Shown: positions 37,642 through 48,077 of the stretch, piece after piece | How positions within the stretch are numbered: the first letter of the stretch is position 1 | How the letters are laid out: every line of letters starts with the position of its first letter | Source: a virus | Direction: 5' to 3' (one strand) | IMG/VR virus record: IMGVR_UViG_3300035181_001203 | Coordinates: 48,654-112,653 of that record | DNA length: 64,000 nucleotides | The notes under the pieces: model-generated | The model's database searches: none | Told to the model about the DNA's origin: nothing | Seen by the model: only the letters and a program-made list of their open reading frames with translations | Made by a program: the position numbers and the translations under genes

Positions 37642-37932
37642 ATGTCATTGAAATTCGTTTGTAATAACCCGATCTTCGGAGAGGGGACGCAAAACCTCTT
37701 GTCCTGTGAAAAGGACTATGAGGCAACAAACTACAACGGAAACGAAAACTTTGTCGTTTCCGTCAAAGAGGGAGTCGTTTTAATCCCTCTAGGAGAAGAT
37801 CACACCAACAACGGTGTGTACTGTCACTATAGAGTTGAAAAAGAGGGGTTCATTCCCCGTATCCTTTCCCTCTACATAGACCGCTGGCAAGGCGGTCGGG
37901 ACAAATGGGAGTTGGTCCCATTAAAAAACTAA
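37642..37932 (+). CDS. Hypothetical cassette protein
   Basis: GGAGG RBS, GC-rich. Confidence 0.6.
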   Translation: MSLKFVCNNPIFGEGTQNLLSCEKDYEATNYNGNENFVVSVKEGVVLIPLGEDHTNNGVYCHYRVEKEGFIPRILSLYIDRWQGGRDKWELVPLKN

Positions 37933-38100
37933 CAAACCAAAACCCGTCAGTTTCTTCCAGAACTGGCGGGTTTCCATTATGCTTCCCGGTAATAAATAAC
38001 GGGATATATTTCATCGTGCCCAAGATGAAATGAAAGTGTCGGGCCTCACGAAAGGAGGAAATGATGCTACATTGGCGTCCTCCTACTGAATAGAATGAAT

Positions 38101-38133
38101 AGAGGGGGATAAGCAGTTCCCCCTTTTTCTTTT
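38101..38133 (+). terminator. Rho-independent terminator
   Basis: AGGGGGA/TCCCCCT + T run. Confidence 0.7.
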
Positions 38134-38173
38134 AACTATATTTAACTCACACTTTTTAGCTATTGGGAGGTTC

Positions 38174-38368
38174 ATGAGCTATAAAGTTGTATTAACTTAT
38201 TTAAATCTTGAACAAAGAAAAACAACCTTACATACTGGTCTTACTTTAATTGAAGCTCAAAATATTTGCGAAAATAGAGAATCTTCATGGCAAAGTTGCA
38301 CAAAGAAATATCTTAAAGAAAGAACTAGAAAGCGCGGCCCCTGGTTTTTAGTTTATACAAAGGAATAA
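38174..38368 (+). CDS. Small phage protein
   Basis: GGAGG RBS; TGLTLIEAQ.IC....SS...GPWF..Y. Confidence 0.6.
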   Translation: MSYKVVLTYLNLEQRKTTLHTGLTLIEAQNICENRESSWQSCTKKYLKERTRKRGPWFLVYTKE

Positions 38369-38457
38369 ACAGAATCATTTGAATCTAGTCACACAAAGTT
38401 TGTAGAAGCGGATAAACTTTATTTAATTTAAGTAAATTGTTCATTGAGGAATAATAA

Positions 38458-38865
38458 ATGCCAATCAAACATTGCACACATTTAATTACCCGCAAGGAAC
38501 TTAAAGATAACCCAAATGTTATCTATGTCTTTGGCGATAATATGATTCGTCAAGGATATGGTGGACAGGCTAAGGAAATGCGTGGTGAACCTAATGCAGT
38601 TGGTATTCCAACTAAATATAGTCCATCACTAGCTCCCCATGCTTTCTTTACAAACAAGTCATTAGAAGAAAAAGCAGTTAAAGATGCTATTGATGAAGCT
38701 TTTGCTAGACTTGAAGAACGATTACTTCATAAACAAATAGTAGTCATTCCTGCTGGCATTGGAACAGGATTAGCAGATCTTCCAAAACGCGCACCTTTAG
38801 TCCATCTATATATCATGAATAAGATTCAAGAATTGGAAACTAAATATGGTTGCTACAAAGTCTAA
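38458..38865 (+). CDS. Macro-like-fold phage protein
   Basis: IYVFGDN...GYGGQA...PNAVGIPTK...GIGTGLA. Confidence 0.55.
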   Translation: MPIKHCTHLITRKELKDNPNVIYVFGDNMIRQGYGGQAKEMRGEPNAVGIPTKYSPSLAPHAFFTNKSLEEKAVKDAIDEAFARLEERLLHKQIVVIPAGIGTGLADLPKRAPLVHLYIMNKIQELETKYGCYKV

Positions 38866-39424
38866 AAAAGAATTAACACTTAAACAATTAGAAAAATTAA
38901 AATTATCTGAATTACATCAAAAATATTTGCAAGATCGTAAAGGTATTGTTGAAGAATTTAATATTATGAAAACTCTTGGAAAATATAAAATTATAATTTC
39001 TCATCATAGAGGAATAATTAGTTTCAGTTTTTCTGCCGATGATTTTTGGAGTAAATATGGAGGCTTTATTCCAGCAGATAAGAATCTTTTAGAAAAATTA
39101 CTTAAACTTTATCCTCCGGAACCTATTTATTATCATAAATCAACTTTTACTGGTATTCGTAGAGAAAATGATCCAGAAATCAGAAAAGATGGTAAGACAG
39201 AATTAATTTTCCCAATTTATCTTAGCACTCAAAAAAATTACCATAGTAATCTTATTGGGATTAAATGGAAAACAAAAACTCACGATATTACCATTGAACT
39301 AGAACGTAATAAAACAACTTTCAATAAAATTATTCCACAATTTTCTATCAACTATTCAGATGGATATTCTATTATTTATTTTCCATACAGAGAAGATCTA
39401 AATATTTTGGAGTATATCCAATGA
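38846..39424 (+). CDS. Hypothetical protein
   Basis: Operonic 192 aa ORF. Confidence 0.5.
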   Translation: MVATKSKKELTLKQLEKLKLSELHQKYLQDRKGIVEEFNIMKTLGKYKIIISHHRGIISFSFSADDFWSKYGGFIPADKNLLEKLLKLYPPEPIYYHKSTFTGIRRENDPEIRKDGKTELIFPIYLSTQKNYHSNLIGIKWKTKTHDITIELERNKTTFNKIIPQFSINYSDGYSIIYFPYREDLNILEYIQ

Positions 39425-39747
39425 TGGCAGCAATTAAAAATCCAGGTATGGATTGGATTCAAGTTAAAATTGATAAAAATAAGGTTTATGAATTTATATC
39501 TGAATCTATAAATGGATTTTTTGAACTAGTTCCAAACTTTCATACTAAAGCAACTCTTTATTGTGATGAAGAAGGTAAATTAAAAAATCTTCCTATCAAT
39601 TTTCCATTATTAAATGAAGATAATAGTATTGTAGATGTTGTTGTTGGACCCGTAGTAATGTTTGGTCCTACAAATGAAGAGGGTGAGGAAACTGAATTAA
39701 CACAAGAACTTTTTGAAGAAACTAAAAAATATTTTAGTGGAGAATAA
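39421..39747 (+). CDS. DUF3846-family protein
   Basis: GFFELV..LYCDEEGKLKNLPIN..DVVVGPVV. Confidence 0.7.
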   Translation: MMAAIKNPGMDWIQVKIDKNKVYEFISESINGFFELVPNFHTKATLYCDEEGKLKNLPINFPLLNEDNSIVDVVVGPVVMFGPTNEEGEETELTQELFEETKKYFSGE

Positions 39748-40180
39748 ATGTCACAATCTATAATTCTTTATGCTTCTCATAAATGCTTGACAAGTGATTC
39801 TCAACCAATCAGAGTTGGGAAATCAGTTATTTGGATTAGAGTAGAAGATGTTGGAGAAGATACTCTTTTAGAAGCTTTAAATAAGGCTAATCCATTTCCA
39901 GAAGAAATAGTTTTAAATACGATCAATAAAACCGTAATGAAAGAAACTACAAGTCTTAAAAAAAGGAATAGATAGAATGACTAAAAAGCATGATCATATT
40001 GGAATTGTAGTTAATATGTATAATCCAAAGTCAGATACATCTATGATGTTTCTTCATAACGTAGATCTTATCTCTAAAAAAAATTCTATTTATGGTCCAT
40101 TTGATACATCTAGCGAACTTATGGAATTTGCTGCATTCAATAATATTAAAGTACAATGATTATTAATGAGGTAATGAAAA

Positions 40181-40570
40181 ATGAGCAATAGTAATTACGC
40201 AGGACGTTCAAATCGAGTAAAAGTTAAAGACTTAGAAGGTCTTAAAAAATCTTTGAAACAATTTGATTGGTTATCTCTTTTTGAGGAAGATGGTAAATAT
40301 TATATTTCCACAGAGGATTATGATCCATTCTTTCAAACTGCATATCTTGAAGATGTAGAAATTGAATTCGATCCACAAATTCATATTATTCCATATTTAG
40401 AAGATAAAGAAATTCTTATTATTATAGAAGTTTCAAACGAAAAGCTTCAATATATTTACGGAGCAGCATATGCTTATATGAAAGGCAAAACTCGCATTTG
40501 TGTTAATCTTGATCATATTCATAGAATGATTGAGCAACAGTGGAATACTAATGAATATGATTCTTTTTAA
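40181..40570 (+). CDS. Hypothetical phage protein
   Basis: GRSNRVKVKD...EVSNEKLQYIYGAA. Confidence 0.55.
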   Translation: MSNSNYAGRSNRVKVKDLEGLKKSLKQFDWLSLFEEDGKYYISTEDYDPFFQTAYLEDVEIEFDPQIHIIPYLEDKEILIIIEVSNEKLQYIYGAAYAYMKGKTRICVNLDHIHRMIEQQWNTNEYDSF

Positions 40571-40579
40571 AGGATAACA

Positions 40580-41290
40580 ATGAGCGATCTAATTAAAGAT
40601 AAAATTAGGAAACTTCTCGCATTAGCAGCTTCTGATAGTGTAGAAGAAGCTGAATTAGCAATGGTGAAGGCTCAAGAATTAATGGATCGTTATAATCTGA
40701 ATATGGCAGAAATGAGCCAATCAGAAGCGGTCAATATTGAGCCAGTCATTGAAGATAAAGATCCATTCTACGAAGCTGGACGTATCCGTAAATGGAAAAC
40801 CAGACTTGCCCACATTCTTGCTACTCACAATAATTGTGTAATTTTAACATTTAAATCAGGCGACAGACGCACTCCAAAATCATCAATTAAAATTTTTGGT
40901 CGCCAAGCAGATATTGATAATACTCGATTTTTATTTGCTTATGCCTTAACACAGTTAACTAAGTTATCGGTATTACCTTGTATCGGTTCTGGCATTGCTT
41001 ATAAGGATAGTTGGTATACTGGAGCAGTTGCAGGTATCCATGAAAAACTTAAAGAAATGAAAGCTAAAGTTAAAGCTGAATTTTCTACATTCGCTATTGT
41101 CAAATATGATAGTTGGCTTAAAGAAACTAATGATTTTATACGCAGCAAGTATCGCGTAACTACTGCGCCACAAACCCATAAATCATTAAATTCAGAAGCT
41201 TATAATAGTGGACATAAGGCTGGTCGTGAAATAGACCTTGGTAGTAAGAGTCGGCTTGGTCAGAAATCTACGATTGGAATGATAAAATGA
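40580..41290 (+). CDS. DUF2786-domain protein
   Basis: KIRKLLALA..EEAELAMVKAQELMDRYNL; AYNSGHKAG. Confidence 0.8.
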   Translation: MSDLIKDKIRKLLALAASDSVEEAELAMVKAQELMDRYNLNMAEMSQSEAVNIEPVIEDKDPFYEAGRIRKWKTRLAHILATHNNCVILTFKSGDRRTPKSSIKIFGRQADIDNTRFLFAYALTQLTKLSVLPCIGSGIAYKDSWYTGAVAGIHEKLKEMKAKVKAEFSTFAIVKYDSWLKETNDFIRSKYRVTTAPQTHKSLNSEAYNSGHKAGREIDLGSKSRLGQKSTIGMIK

Positions 41291-41511
41291 TAACTAAAGA
41301 AATAGCAGAAACCCTTCCTAACGGAACAATTCTTTATCATAAAAAAGTTAAGAATTCCAGGGGAGAACCATATAAATGTAGAGTTAATGGCAAATGCAAA
41401 GTTTGGAAAACTCGACCCCTGGACTTTAAACTTCCAATAAAGTCTGGACTTTATGAATATGGATATATTACAAATCTTAATGCTGATGAATGGAGTCTAG
41501 ATGCCAACTAA
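41287..41511 (+). CDS. Small phage protein
   Basis: CRVNGKCKVWKTRP.DF.LPIK.GLY. Confidence 0.55.
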   Translation: MITKEIAETLPNGTILYHKKVKNSRGEPYKCRVNGKCKVWKTRPLDFKLPIKSGLYEYGYITNLNADEWSLDAN

Positions 41512-41776
41512 ATTAAGAAGTCTAAAAAAACAAGCAATTATGTCTTGTACAAAACGATTGCATATGATGAAGAATTTTGAAGCAGTATTAGAATTTTCTC
41601 CCCATCAATTATATCCATCTACAAATCATTTTCGTTCATATTGTAAATGTTGTAATATGTATGTTGATGTAATCCTTAAACCATTACCTAATGAAATTAA
41701 TATTAGTGGTGATGCAGTAGCAATTACTTGTCCATCAGTTCCATATGCAAGGATTAAGAATCCGATTATTTCATGA
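41501..41776 (+). CDS. Hypothetical Cys-containing protein
   Basis: Operonic; GGAG RBS. Confidence 0.45.
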   Translation: MPTKLRSLKKQAIMSCTKRLHMMKNFEAVLEFSPHQLYPSTNHFRSYCKCCNMYVDVILKPLPNEINISGDAVAITCPSVPYARIKNPIIS

Positions 41777-41883
41777 GCAATTATGGATATAAAAAATTAT
41801 TTAGTGACACAATAGCAAAGTTGTGATACAATTATTCTATAGTGCAACACTTGTTCTGAGTGTCTGCAACTTAGGAGATTTTA

Positions 41884-44800
41884 ATGTTATATAATAATCT
41901 TGGTATACATACTGATTTAACGCTTGGCAAATCTGCAATTCAATTTAAAGATTTAAAAGATATAAAATTTAACACTCCAATAGCTATCTGTGATAACGGA
42001 AATATCTCACAATTAGTTAAATCATTAAAACTTAATAAAAACAATATTCCAGCAGTAGAATTATTCGTTATTAAATCATATGCAGAGAAACGAACTCCGA
42101 TTTATAGAGCGCGTTTCTTTGCATTTGATTTAATAGCATATGAATCAATATGTAAAATGATTAATATAGCATCGTTGAATAAATACTATTCTCATAGGAT
42201 TGAGATTAAAGATTTAATTTTAAATGGAGATATAATAATTATTGTTGATTCTGATTTTCTTTTTATTGATCAACTTCCATATGAAAAAACCTATGTTGCG
42301 ATTAATGCAAATACAGATTTAAGTAGTGCAAATATATTAAAATATAAACCTATTTTTTATTATGACTCATATGCTATACACAAAAAGGACATTTCTAAGG
42401 TAGAATTATTGTCAGCTAGAGGTTTCAAACATAATAATAAAGTTTGGTATTATGATGATTCTCACTATCATACAGCTTCATTGATACCAGAGTCAATTAC
42501 AAATTATCTGAATCTACTTAAGAAGGCTGATCACCCTATTATTAAGTTTGAAAATAGATATCCAATCTATTGTGAAGGTTCAGAAGATTATTTTGACGTA
42601 TTAGTATATGCTGGATTTAAGCGAAAGTATCCAAATGCAACACAACAGGAGATTGAAAGATTAGATTATGAAGTCTCAATCATTAAGAAACTTGGATATC
42701 AAGATTATTTTCTCATTAATTGGGACTTTATTAATTGGAGTCGTAATAGAAATATTCCTATTGGTCCAGGTAGAGGTTCAGCCGCAGGTTCTATCGTTGC
42801 TTATTGTCTTGATATCACTAAACTTGATCCTATTGCTAACGGCCTCTATTTTGAGAGATTCTTAAATCCAGAACGAGTAAGTCCTCCAGATATTGATACA
42901 GATATAAGCGATATTGATAGAGCGGAAGTTATTGATTATATACGTCAAAGATATGGAAAAGAAAAAGTTTCTCAAATCATAACTTTTTCTGAATTAAAAT
43001 CAAAATCTGCTTTAAAAGATGCTGCGCGTTTACATGAAATGGATGCGTCAGAAGTTAATAGAATAACATCATATTTTCCACCATCAAAATTTGGTATACC
43101 TCCTACTCTTGAAGAAGCATATAATGTTGAACTTGTTCGATCTTGGGCAGATTCACATGCTAGTATTTGGAATGAAGCAAAAGCACTAGAAGGGTTCGTA
43201 AGACAAGTTGGAATCCATGCGGCTGGACTAATTATTGCTCCTAAAGAAATAAATACTCTTACTGGAATCCAGTATGCTAATGGTGAAGCTATATGCCAGT
43301 TTGATAAAGATGATGCAGAAAAATTTGGTCTACTTAAAATGGATTTCTTGGGTTTAGCAACTTTAGGTCTTATAAAAAAGACTCAAGAATTATTAGGTAA
43401 ATCATATTATGATATGGAAAAAGTTCCATTAGATGACTGGAAAGTTTATGATGCGTTTTCCAGGGGCGATACTCATGGAGTTTTTCAATTTGAATCTGAT
43501 GGAATGAGAAAATTACTTAAACGTATTAAGCCAACATCATTTGCCGATATTGCTGCTGCTACCGCTTTATATAGACCAGGCCCATTAATGTCTGGATTAA
43601 CAGAAAATTATATTCACAATAAACATTCTATTAATCCAGAATATTTAATTCCAGAATTTCAAGAGCTTCTGAGTGAAACTTATGGGATATTTGCATATCA
43701 AGAACAAGTAATGCTAGTATCACAAAAAATTGCTGGATTTACATTATCTAGAGCAGATAATTTACGAAAAGCAATTGGTAAAAAAGATAGAAATTTAATG
43801 AAAACTATGGAAGAAGAATTTATTTCTGGTTGTTTGGCTGGTGGACAGACTAGTGAGAAGGCAGAAAAATTATGGACACAGATAGTATCATTCGCAGATT
43901 ATTGTTTTAATAAATCACACTCATATGCTTATGCTTTAATTTCTTATTGGACGATGTATTTAAAATTAAATTATCCAAAAGAATTTGCAGTTTCATTATT
44001 ATCATTAGATATGAAAGATAGTTCTGCGCTCCGTTCTCATTTCTTTGCCTTCAAAGACAAAATCAACTTTATCCCTCCATATATTAATAAAGGTGGAGAG
44101 GGTTTTAAGATTTGTGATAATGGTATTATGATGGGATTTGGTTCTATTAAAGGAATGGGTAATAGTTCTTCGTCTATAGAAAATAATCAACCATATAAAA
44201 ATATCTCAGATGTAGTCATTAAAAATAATTTAGATAAAACACAATTAACTACATTAATCTATAGTGGTGCATTTGATGAAATGGAGCCTGATAAATCGGT
44301 TCTATTAGGAAATTTAGAACGTCTTTTAAAATTTGGAAAAGAAAATAAGACTTCTGAAATTTTTAATATTTTTGATCCTTCAGAAGTATTTAATTTGGAT
44401 AGAAGCAGAAAAATTAAATTACCGATTGAAGGATACATGGAGAAAGCCTGTTATGGCTTTAATATTTATCATGGATTCGTAGGAAAAAATAAATGGTTGA
44501 TTGATTCATTAGAATCAGATTCTATAATTGGAACTATCATAGAAATTAAAAGAGCCAAAACTAAAGTAAAACAACAAGATATGGCCATTCTAACAATTGA
44601 GACAGCTAAAGGTAATATGAAAGCTGTTTTATTCCCAAATATATATGATAAATTTTCAGTTCAATTAGCAAAAGAAGAAACTTATGCATTTAGAGGCGAA
44701 TTGAAATATGGTAAAAATAATGAAGGTGATGAAGAAGCATCTTTAATTGTTTCAGATATGTTAATAGAATCTGGAATTGTAATTAATGAAGTTAAACTAG

Positions 44801-45012
44801 AAAAAGAAGAAGCAATAACGCAAGGAGAATTTAACAATATCTTGGATAGATGTTATGTTGGAAATGGATATACTACAGTAAAAGTTTTTGAAATACAAAA
44901 TGATGGAGATAGTCATTTTCTTTTTAAACATGAACAATCTATTGATTATACAGAATCTATACATAAAATTCTATTAGATAATAGATTTGATATTTTAATA
45001 AAAATCTTCTAA
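41884..45012 (+). CDS. dnaE: DNA polymerase III alpha subunit (C-family)
   Basis: GPGRGSAAGS, FERFLNPER..PPDIDTD, HAAG, KMDFLGL, FQFES, FNKSHS.AY, C-terminal OB fold. Confidence 0.97.
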   Translation: MLYNNLGIHTDLTLGKSAIQFKDLKDIKFNTPIAICDNGNISQLVKSLKLNKNNIPAVELFVIKSYAEKRTPIYRARFFAFDLIAYESICKMINIASLNKYYSHRIEIKDLILNGDIIIIVDSDFLFIDQLPYEKTYVAINANTDLSSANILKYKPIFYYDSYAIHKKDISKVELLSARGFKHNNKVWYYDDSHYHTASLIPESITNYLNLLKKADHPIIKFENRYPIYCEGSEDYFDVLVYAGFKRKYPNATQQEIERLDYEVSIIKKLGYQDYFLINWDFINWSRNRNIPIGPGRGSAAGSIVAYCLDITKLDPIANGLYFERFLNPERVSPPDIDTDISDIDRAEVIDYIRQRYGKEKVSQIITFSELKSKSALKDAARLHEMDASEVNRITSYFPPSKFGIPPTLEEAYNVELVRSWADSHASIWNEAKALEGFVRQVGIHAAGLIIAPKEINTLTGIQYANGEAICQFDKDDAEKFGLLKMDFLGLATLGLIKKTQELLGKSYYDMEKVPLDDWKVYDAFSRGDTHGVFQFESDGMRKLLKRIKPTSFADIAAATALYRPGPLMSGLTENYIHNKHSINPEYLIPEFQELLSETYGIFAYQEQVMLVSQKIAGFTLSRADNLRKAIGKKDRNLMKTMEEEFISGCLAGGQTSEKAEKLWTQIVSFADYCFNKSHSYAYALISYWTMYLKLNYPKEFAVSLLSLDMKDSSALRSHFFAFKDKINFIPPYINKGGEGFKICDNGIMMGFGSIKGMGNSSSSIENNQPYKNISDVVIKNNLDKTQLTTLIYSGAFDEMEPDKSVLLGNLERLLKFGKENKTSEIFNIFDPSEVFNLDRSRKIKLPIEGYMEKACYGFNIYHGFVGKNKWLIDSLESDSIIGTIIEIKRAKTKVKQQDMAILTIETAKGNMKAVLFPNIYDKFSVQLAKEETYAFRGELKYGKNNEGDEEASLIVSDMLIESGIVINEVKLEKEEAITQGEFNNILDRCYVGNGYTTVKVFEIQNDGDSHFLFKHEQSIDYTESIHKILLDNRFDILIKIF

Positions 45013-45017
45013 TAAGA

Positions 45018-45046
45018 GAAGCCCATTTTAAATGGGCTTTTTTTTA
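45018..45046 (+). terminator. Rho-independent terminator
   Basis: AAGCCCATTT/AAATGGGCTT + T run. Confidence 0.8.
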
Positions 45047-45079
45047 GATATTCAATATTTAATTAAAACTCAATAGCTA

Positions 45080-45543
45080 GTGAATATTCCATCTTATTTT
45101 ATTAAGAGGTTTTTAAGCTTTCGCCAAAGACGCTATTCCACGTCTCAAAATATTAATAGCCGCATTAATATCTCGATCCAAAATTAAACCGCAAGAACAT
45201 TCATGGATTCTATCTGATAATTTTTTATCAATTATTTTTCCACATCTAGAACATTCTTTAGTTGTATTTTTTGGATTAATTAGAACTACTCTTTTACCGG
45301 CCCATTCTGCCTTCTATAAATTTAACAAAGATTTGAATTAGAAATTTTCCATTGCGTGAGATATGTAGATAAATCATATAAAGAAATGTTTTTCTTATCT
45401 TTTTCCAATGCATTTTTATGAAGTTCTAAAGTTTTATTATAAATATATCTACATCCTTCTAATGTAGCTTCTAACTTACTGAGTTGCAACTTCGTAGGAT
45501 ATAGTCTATATTTGAAAAATTTATGCAAGTAAGACATCAGCAT
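45080..45543 (-). mobile_element. tnpB: Internally deleted IS200/IS605-family tnpB remnant
   Basis: N-terminal KYRLYPT...GCRYIYN joined out of frame to KAEWAG...TTKECSRCG...HECSCGLILDRDINAAINIL (stop at 45113); right-end-like TTCAC ending at 45080. Confidence 0.85.
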
Positions 45544-45623
45544 AACGTTATCTTAAAAATTTTCAAGGAAGATTCTCTTATATTTTTAAGCATAATATGT
45601 TAAACTACATCAAGGTAGGCCAA

Positions 45624-46523
45624 ATGGAATATTCTATTCAAGAACTTATCGAAAATGTAACAACAGCTAGTATAAATAGAATGATACCTATTCTAATAGG
45701 CCAAAGTAAATCTATCTATAAAGAAACTTTAAATTTTATTGATGTTAATAAAACTCAATTACAATTATCAAATATAAATGATTCTTTAATAGATGAAACA
45801 ACTATATCTGTAAATATAAAATCATGGAATTTAAAAACAAGTCAATTTTCTATTACTAATACGATAGTTGGGATAAATCAAATTGAAATAAATATACCAG
45901 TAATAGGAAGATTACCTAACACATCTATTTTTGTTGTAGTAGATATAAACAATAACATATTATTTTCTTCAACTATAAATAATTTTATTTACAAACAAAC
46001 TAATTTAAATCAAATTAATATAGATATTCCGCTAACATTAACAGGTACATTAATTTGTTATATTGTGAATGTAGAAACTACTACTATAACTGGTAGTTTT
46101 AATTCATTGTCTAATATTTTGACTGTTGATACAAGTTTTATATTTAAAACACCGTCTTTTAATTCTATATATAATACTTCATACGTTTCATATATAGGAT
46201 CATCTAAAATCTATTCAGTTAATACTTATACAAATATATCACAAGATATAATTGATGCTGAACAAAATATTGGAATAAAGAGTGGTTTAATTTTAGGACA
46301 AGATGCAGTAGTAATATCATATCCTAATAATACTTACATAACTTCATTATTAGAAGATTTAGATAAATTAAATACTGGATATTATATAGTTCCAATTAAT
46401 TTAGACATAGAACAAACATTAGCTTCATATATAAATAATAAATTTTATCAATTATTAATTTCACCAAGTAATTTTAATCCATTAGTTAAAGTAGTATCGG
46501 GTGAAACTTATAGATTACCATAG
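45624..46523 (+). CDS. Putative structural protein
   Basis: Asn/Ile/Thr-rich; first gene of the morphogenesis block. Confidence 0.5.
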   Translation: MEYSIQELIENVTTASINRMIPILIGQSKSIYKETLNFIDVNKTQLQLSNINDSLIDETTISVNIKSWNLKTSQFSITNTIVGINQIEINIPVIGRLPNTSIFVVVDINNNILFSSTINNFIYKQTNLNQINIDIPLTLTGTLICYIVNVETTTITGSFNSLSNILTVDTSFIFKTPSFNSIYNTSYVSYIGSSKIYSVNTYTNISQDIIDAEQNIGIKSGLILGQDAVVISYPNNTYITSLLEDLDKLNTGYYIVPINLDIEQTLASYINNKFYQLLISPSNFNPLVKVVSGETYRLP

Positions 46524-46592
46524 GTATATAAGAGATAATATATTATTTAAAATGTTACAAAATATTATCAAAATTTATGAACTGGTGATGAT

Positions 46593-48077
46593 ATGAGTTT
46601 GATCAAATTAGCTAAAAAAGAAAAAGAAAAAGAAAAAGAAAAGCTTAAAGAACAAAAATTCAAACCCCAAAAACATCAAATAAGTGCTGTTAAAAAATTT
46701 GAAAAAAGTAAATCAGAAATATTTTTTCACGGTTTAGGAAGTGGCAAAACATTAACTAGTATTATGGCAGGTGAGAGAACCCCTGGAAATAAATTAGTGT
46801 TAACTCCAGCTTCTCTTGCTCATAATTTTAGAAAAGAATTACATAAATTTAATATATCAGATCAAAATTATAAACTTGTATCTTATGAAAAGTTTAGACG
46901 TAATCCAGATAAATTTATAGATAAATATAAACCATCTATGATTATTGCTGATGAATTCCATAGAGCAAATAATATGGATTCTCTTACTGGTGATTCATTA
47001 AGAAAAGCTAGATTGAAAACCAAAAAGTTTATAGGTTTGACTGGATCTTTAGCTCAAAATAGACCATCAGAAATTGGTGAGTTATTACATACTGCAACCG
47101 GAAAACCAGTATTAGGAAATAATCAAGAAGAGTTTGATAAAAAATTTATTAAAAATCGTATAATTAAACCTAGTTTATTTGGTCGTTTCATAGGTATAAA
47201 ACCAGGGGCTATTGAAGAACCTAAGAATTTAGATAAATTTAAAACTATTGCTGACCAGTATATTAGTACGTTTGCTGGTGATGAAGAATATAAAAAACAT
47301 TTACCTATTGTAGAAAGAGATGTTGTTAGAATAAAAATGGACAAGCCTCAACAAAAAATTTACGACTACACTTTTGGTAAGGCTCCAGCGTGGGTTAAAT
47401 TTAAAATAAGACATAATATGCCGACATCTAAGCGTGAGTCCGTTAATATTAACTCTTTTTTAATGGGTAGTAGGCAGGCGTCAACAGCTATTCAGCCATT
47501 CGGGGTACAATCTAGTACCCCAAAACTCAATGCAGTTTTGCATGACTTAGAACATGGAATAAAAACTGATAAGAATTTTAAAGGTGTAGTTTACTCAAAC
47601 TTCCTTGAAGGTGGATTACTGCCTCTTGGAGAAAAATTAAAAAAACATAATATTCCATATGGATCATTCACTGGACAACAAACGCATTCTGAACGAAATT
47701 CAATGATTCATGATTATAATAAAGGAAAATTAAAAGTATTATTGTTATCACAGGCTGGCGGTGAAGGTCTTGATCTTAAAGGTACAAAATATTTAGGTAT
47801 AATGGATCCTTCATGGAATCCTGAAAAAACTGAGCAAGTAGTAGGAAGAATAGCAAGATTTAAATCACATGAAATGCTGCCAGAAAATGAACGTAAAGTA
47901 ATAGTTAAAGAATATTTATCTGAACCAAAATTAGGATTACTAGGTAAAATCAAAAAAGTATTTAAACCAGAAACACATGCAATTGGAACTGATGAATATA
48001 TTCGTAATAGATCTCTTGAGAAAAAAAATCTAAATGATAAATTTACAAACATTCTGAAAGGAATGTCGAATGTCTGA
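46593..48077 (+). CDS. SNF2-like SF2 helicase/ATPase with N-terminal MSLIKLA tag
   Basis: HGLGSGKT, DEFH, LTGS, AGGEGLDL, WNP..EQVVGRIAR. Confidence 0.9.
   Translation: MSLIKLAKKEKEKEKEKLKEQKFKPQKHQISAVKKFEKSKSEIFFHGLGSGKTLTSIMAGERTPGNKLVLTPASLAHNFRKELHKFNISDQNYKLVSYEKFRRNPDKFIDKYKPSMIIADEFHRANNMDSLTGDSLRKARLKTKKFIGLTGSLAQNRPSEIGELLHTATGKPVLGNNQEEFDKKFIKNRIIKPSLFGRFIGIKPGAIEEPKNLDKFKTIADQYISTFAGDEEYKKHLPIVERDVVRIKMDKPQQKIYDYTFGKAPAWVKFKIRHNMPTSKRESVNINSFLMGSRQASTAIQPFGVQSSTPKLNAVLHDLEHGIKTDKNFKGVVYSNFLEGGLLPLGEKLKKHNIPYGSFTGQQTHSERNSMIHDYNKGKLKVLLLSQAGGEGLDLKGTKYLGIMDPSWNPEKTEQVVGRIARFKSHEMLPENERKVIVKEYLSEPKLGLLGKIKKVFKPETHAIGTDEYIRNRSLEKKNLNDKFTNILKGMSNV

Noticed and set aside
38061-38093. 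WRPP as a ribosome-arrest motif
   Set aside because: The CCT CCT codons are explained by pairing with the AGGAGG SD; no independent support
45062-45079. TnpB guide matching TAGCTATTG near 38157
   Set aside because: Only 9 nt in AT-rich DNA; expected by chance
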